This document shows positions 25,075-25,752 of a DNA stretch of 25,752 nucleotides, in pieces. How positions within the stretch are numbered: position 1 is the stretch's first letter; every line of letters starts with the position of its first letter. The notes beneath the pieces are model-generated. The model did no database searches. It saw nothing but the letters and a program-made list of their open reading frames with translations, and was not told the origin of the DNA. The translations under genes and the position numbers were made by a program. The stretch lies in the IMG/VR virus record IMGVR_UViG_3300020043_000012, positions 1 to 25,752 of that record. One strand, written 5' to 3'. Origin of the DNA: a virus (Duplodnaviria; Caudoviricetes).

Positions 25075-25443
25075 ATGGAAAAAAATGCCGAAGTTGCCGA
25101 GTTCGTTGCTACTCTGTTTCACAGTGGCACGATTACCCATTTTCAGCATTTGCAGACACGGGAATACTCTGTCCACAAGGCTTTGGGCAAGTTCTACCCC
25201 AAGATTGTTGACTTGGCAGACCAGTTAGCTGAAAGCTATCAAGGTCGATACGAAACCCGAATGAAGAAGTTTCCTGATGAACTGCATCAGCCACAGGAAA
25301 CACCTGAAGCCTACTTGACCCAACTGAAACAGTTTGTGCAAGAAGCAAGACAAGAAATCCCGCAAGATTCAGAACTGCAAAACATCGTTGATGAAATTGC
25401 CGATCTGATCAATTCCACTCTGTACTTACTCACCCTTAAATAA
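25075..25443 (+). CDS. Dps/ferritin-like four-helix protein (DUF5856-like)
   Basis: HFQHLQT..YSVHKAL..FY....DLADQLAESYQG and LQNIVDEI..LI..TLYLL. Confidence 0.75.
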   Translation: MEKNAEVAEFVATLFHSGTITHFQHLQTREYSVHKALGKFYPKIVDLADQLAESYQGRYETRMKKFPDELHQPQETPEAYLTQLKQFVQEARQEIPQDSELQNIVDEIADLINSTLYLLTLK

Positions 25444-25452
25444 GGAATCATC

Positions 25453-25665
25453 ATGGCAAACATGGACAAAAACGAACCCAAAGGCTACGGCTACGGCAAC
25501 AGCGCAAAACTGGCTGGCAACCCCGCCCCCGAAATGAAGTCCAACGGCAGCGTGAAGAACCGCATCCCTGACGCTATGACCAACAAAGTTGGTAAAGATG
25601 CCAAGTTTGATGGCGGCAAGTCCTCTGGAACTTGCTACACTCACGACCGCAAGTCTTATCAGTAA
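25453..25665 (+). CDS. Small basic hypothetical protein
   Basis: TAAGGA SD; 70 aa; Gly/Lys-rich. Confidence 0.65.
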   Translation: MANMDKNEPKGYGYGNSAKLAGNPAPEMKSNGSVKNRIPDAMTNKVGKDAKFDGGKSSGTCYTHDRKSYQ

Positions 25666-25672
25666 AGCGAAA

Positions 25673-25734
25673 CGCCCCGCAGACGGAGAATCTGGGGGCG
25701 CTTCTAACCAAGCAATAAAAGAGGTATTGAATGG
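25673..25734 (+). promoter_or_regulatory. Tandem hairpins in front of next gene
   Basis: CGCCCC(G)CAGA/TCTGGGGGCG, then CCA..CAATA-AAAGAGG-TATTG..TGG covering SD and ATG. Confidence 0.45.
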
Positions 25735-25752
25735 CTGAATCACATTCTAATT
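25731..25752 (+). CDS. 5' end of next gene (partial, MAESHSN)
   Basis: GAGG 6 nt upstream of ATG; frame open to the window edge. Confidence 0.4.

Larger units (their letters stand above)
1..25752. mobile_element. Tailed phage genome segment (P22-like tail/ejection module plus lambdoid early region)
   Basis: Continuous phage gene order: tail, ejection, lysis, recombination, cro, replication, nin-like region. No host housekeeping genes and no integrase in the window. Confidence 0.96.

Overview
The whole window is a piece of a tailed dsDNA phage genome: podovirus-type (P22-like) tail and ejection genes with a lambdoid early-region layout. A freshwater betaproteobacterial host is a guess from gene content only. 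Left to right: four receptor-binding proteins (two fibres, two beta-helix tailspikes); P22 gp4/gp10-like tail proteins and three ejection proteins; a lysis cassette (3-TM holin, peptidase M15 endolysin); a leftward early operon (Sak/DUF1071, YqaJ exonuclease, small SSB); a divergent control region with cro but no cI; then replication (DUF1376), a C5 cytosine methyltransferase, RusA, glutaredoxin, NinB and a Dps/ferritin-like gene. Main observations: (1) The methyltransferase locus (22270-23256) is dual-coding over about 970 nt. One frame has motifs I-VIII and X. A second, translationally coupled frame has the missing motif IX plus repeated PTP-x-ASD modules, a phage version of the M.EcoHK31I alpha/beta arrangement. 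(2) On manual reading CCGG and CGCG are absent, and ACGT survives only twice, both inside the dual-coding stretch. (3) A candidate structured RNA leader with competing pairings lies in front of the replication initiator. (4) Six tandem 7-bp repeats lie inside the initiator gene. (5) Two genes look leaderless, with identical promoter geometry. All calls are by eye; no searches were run.
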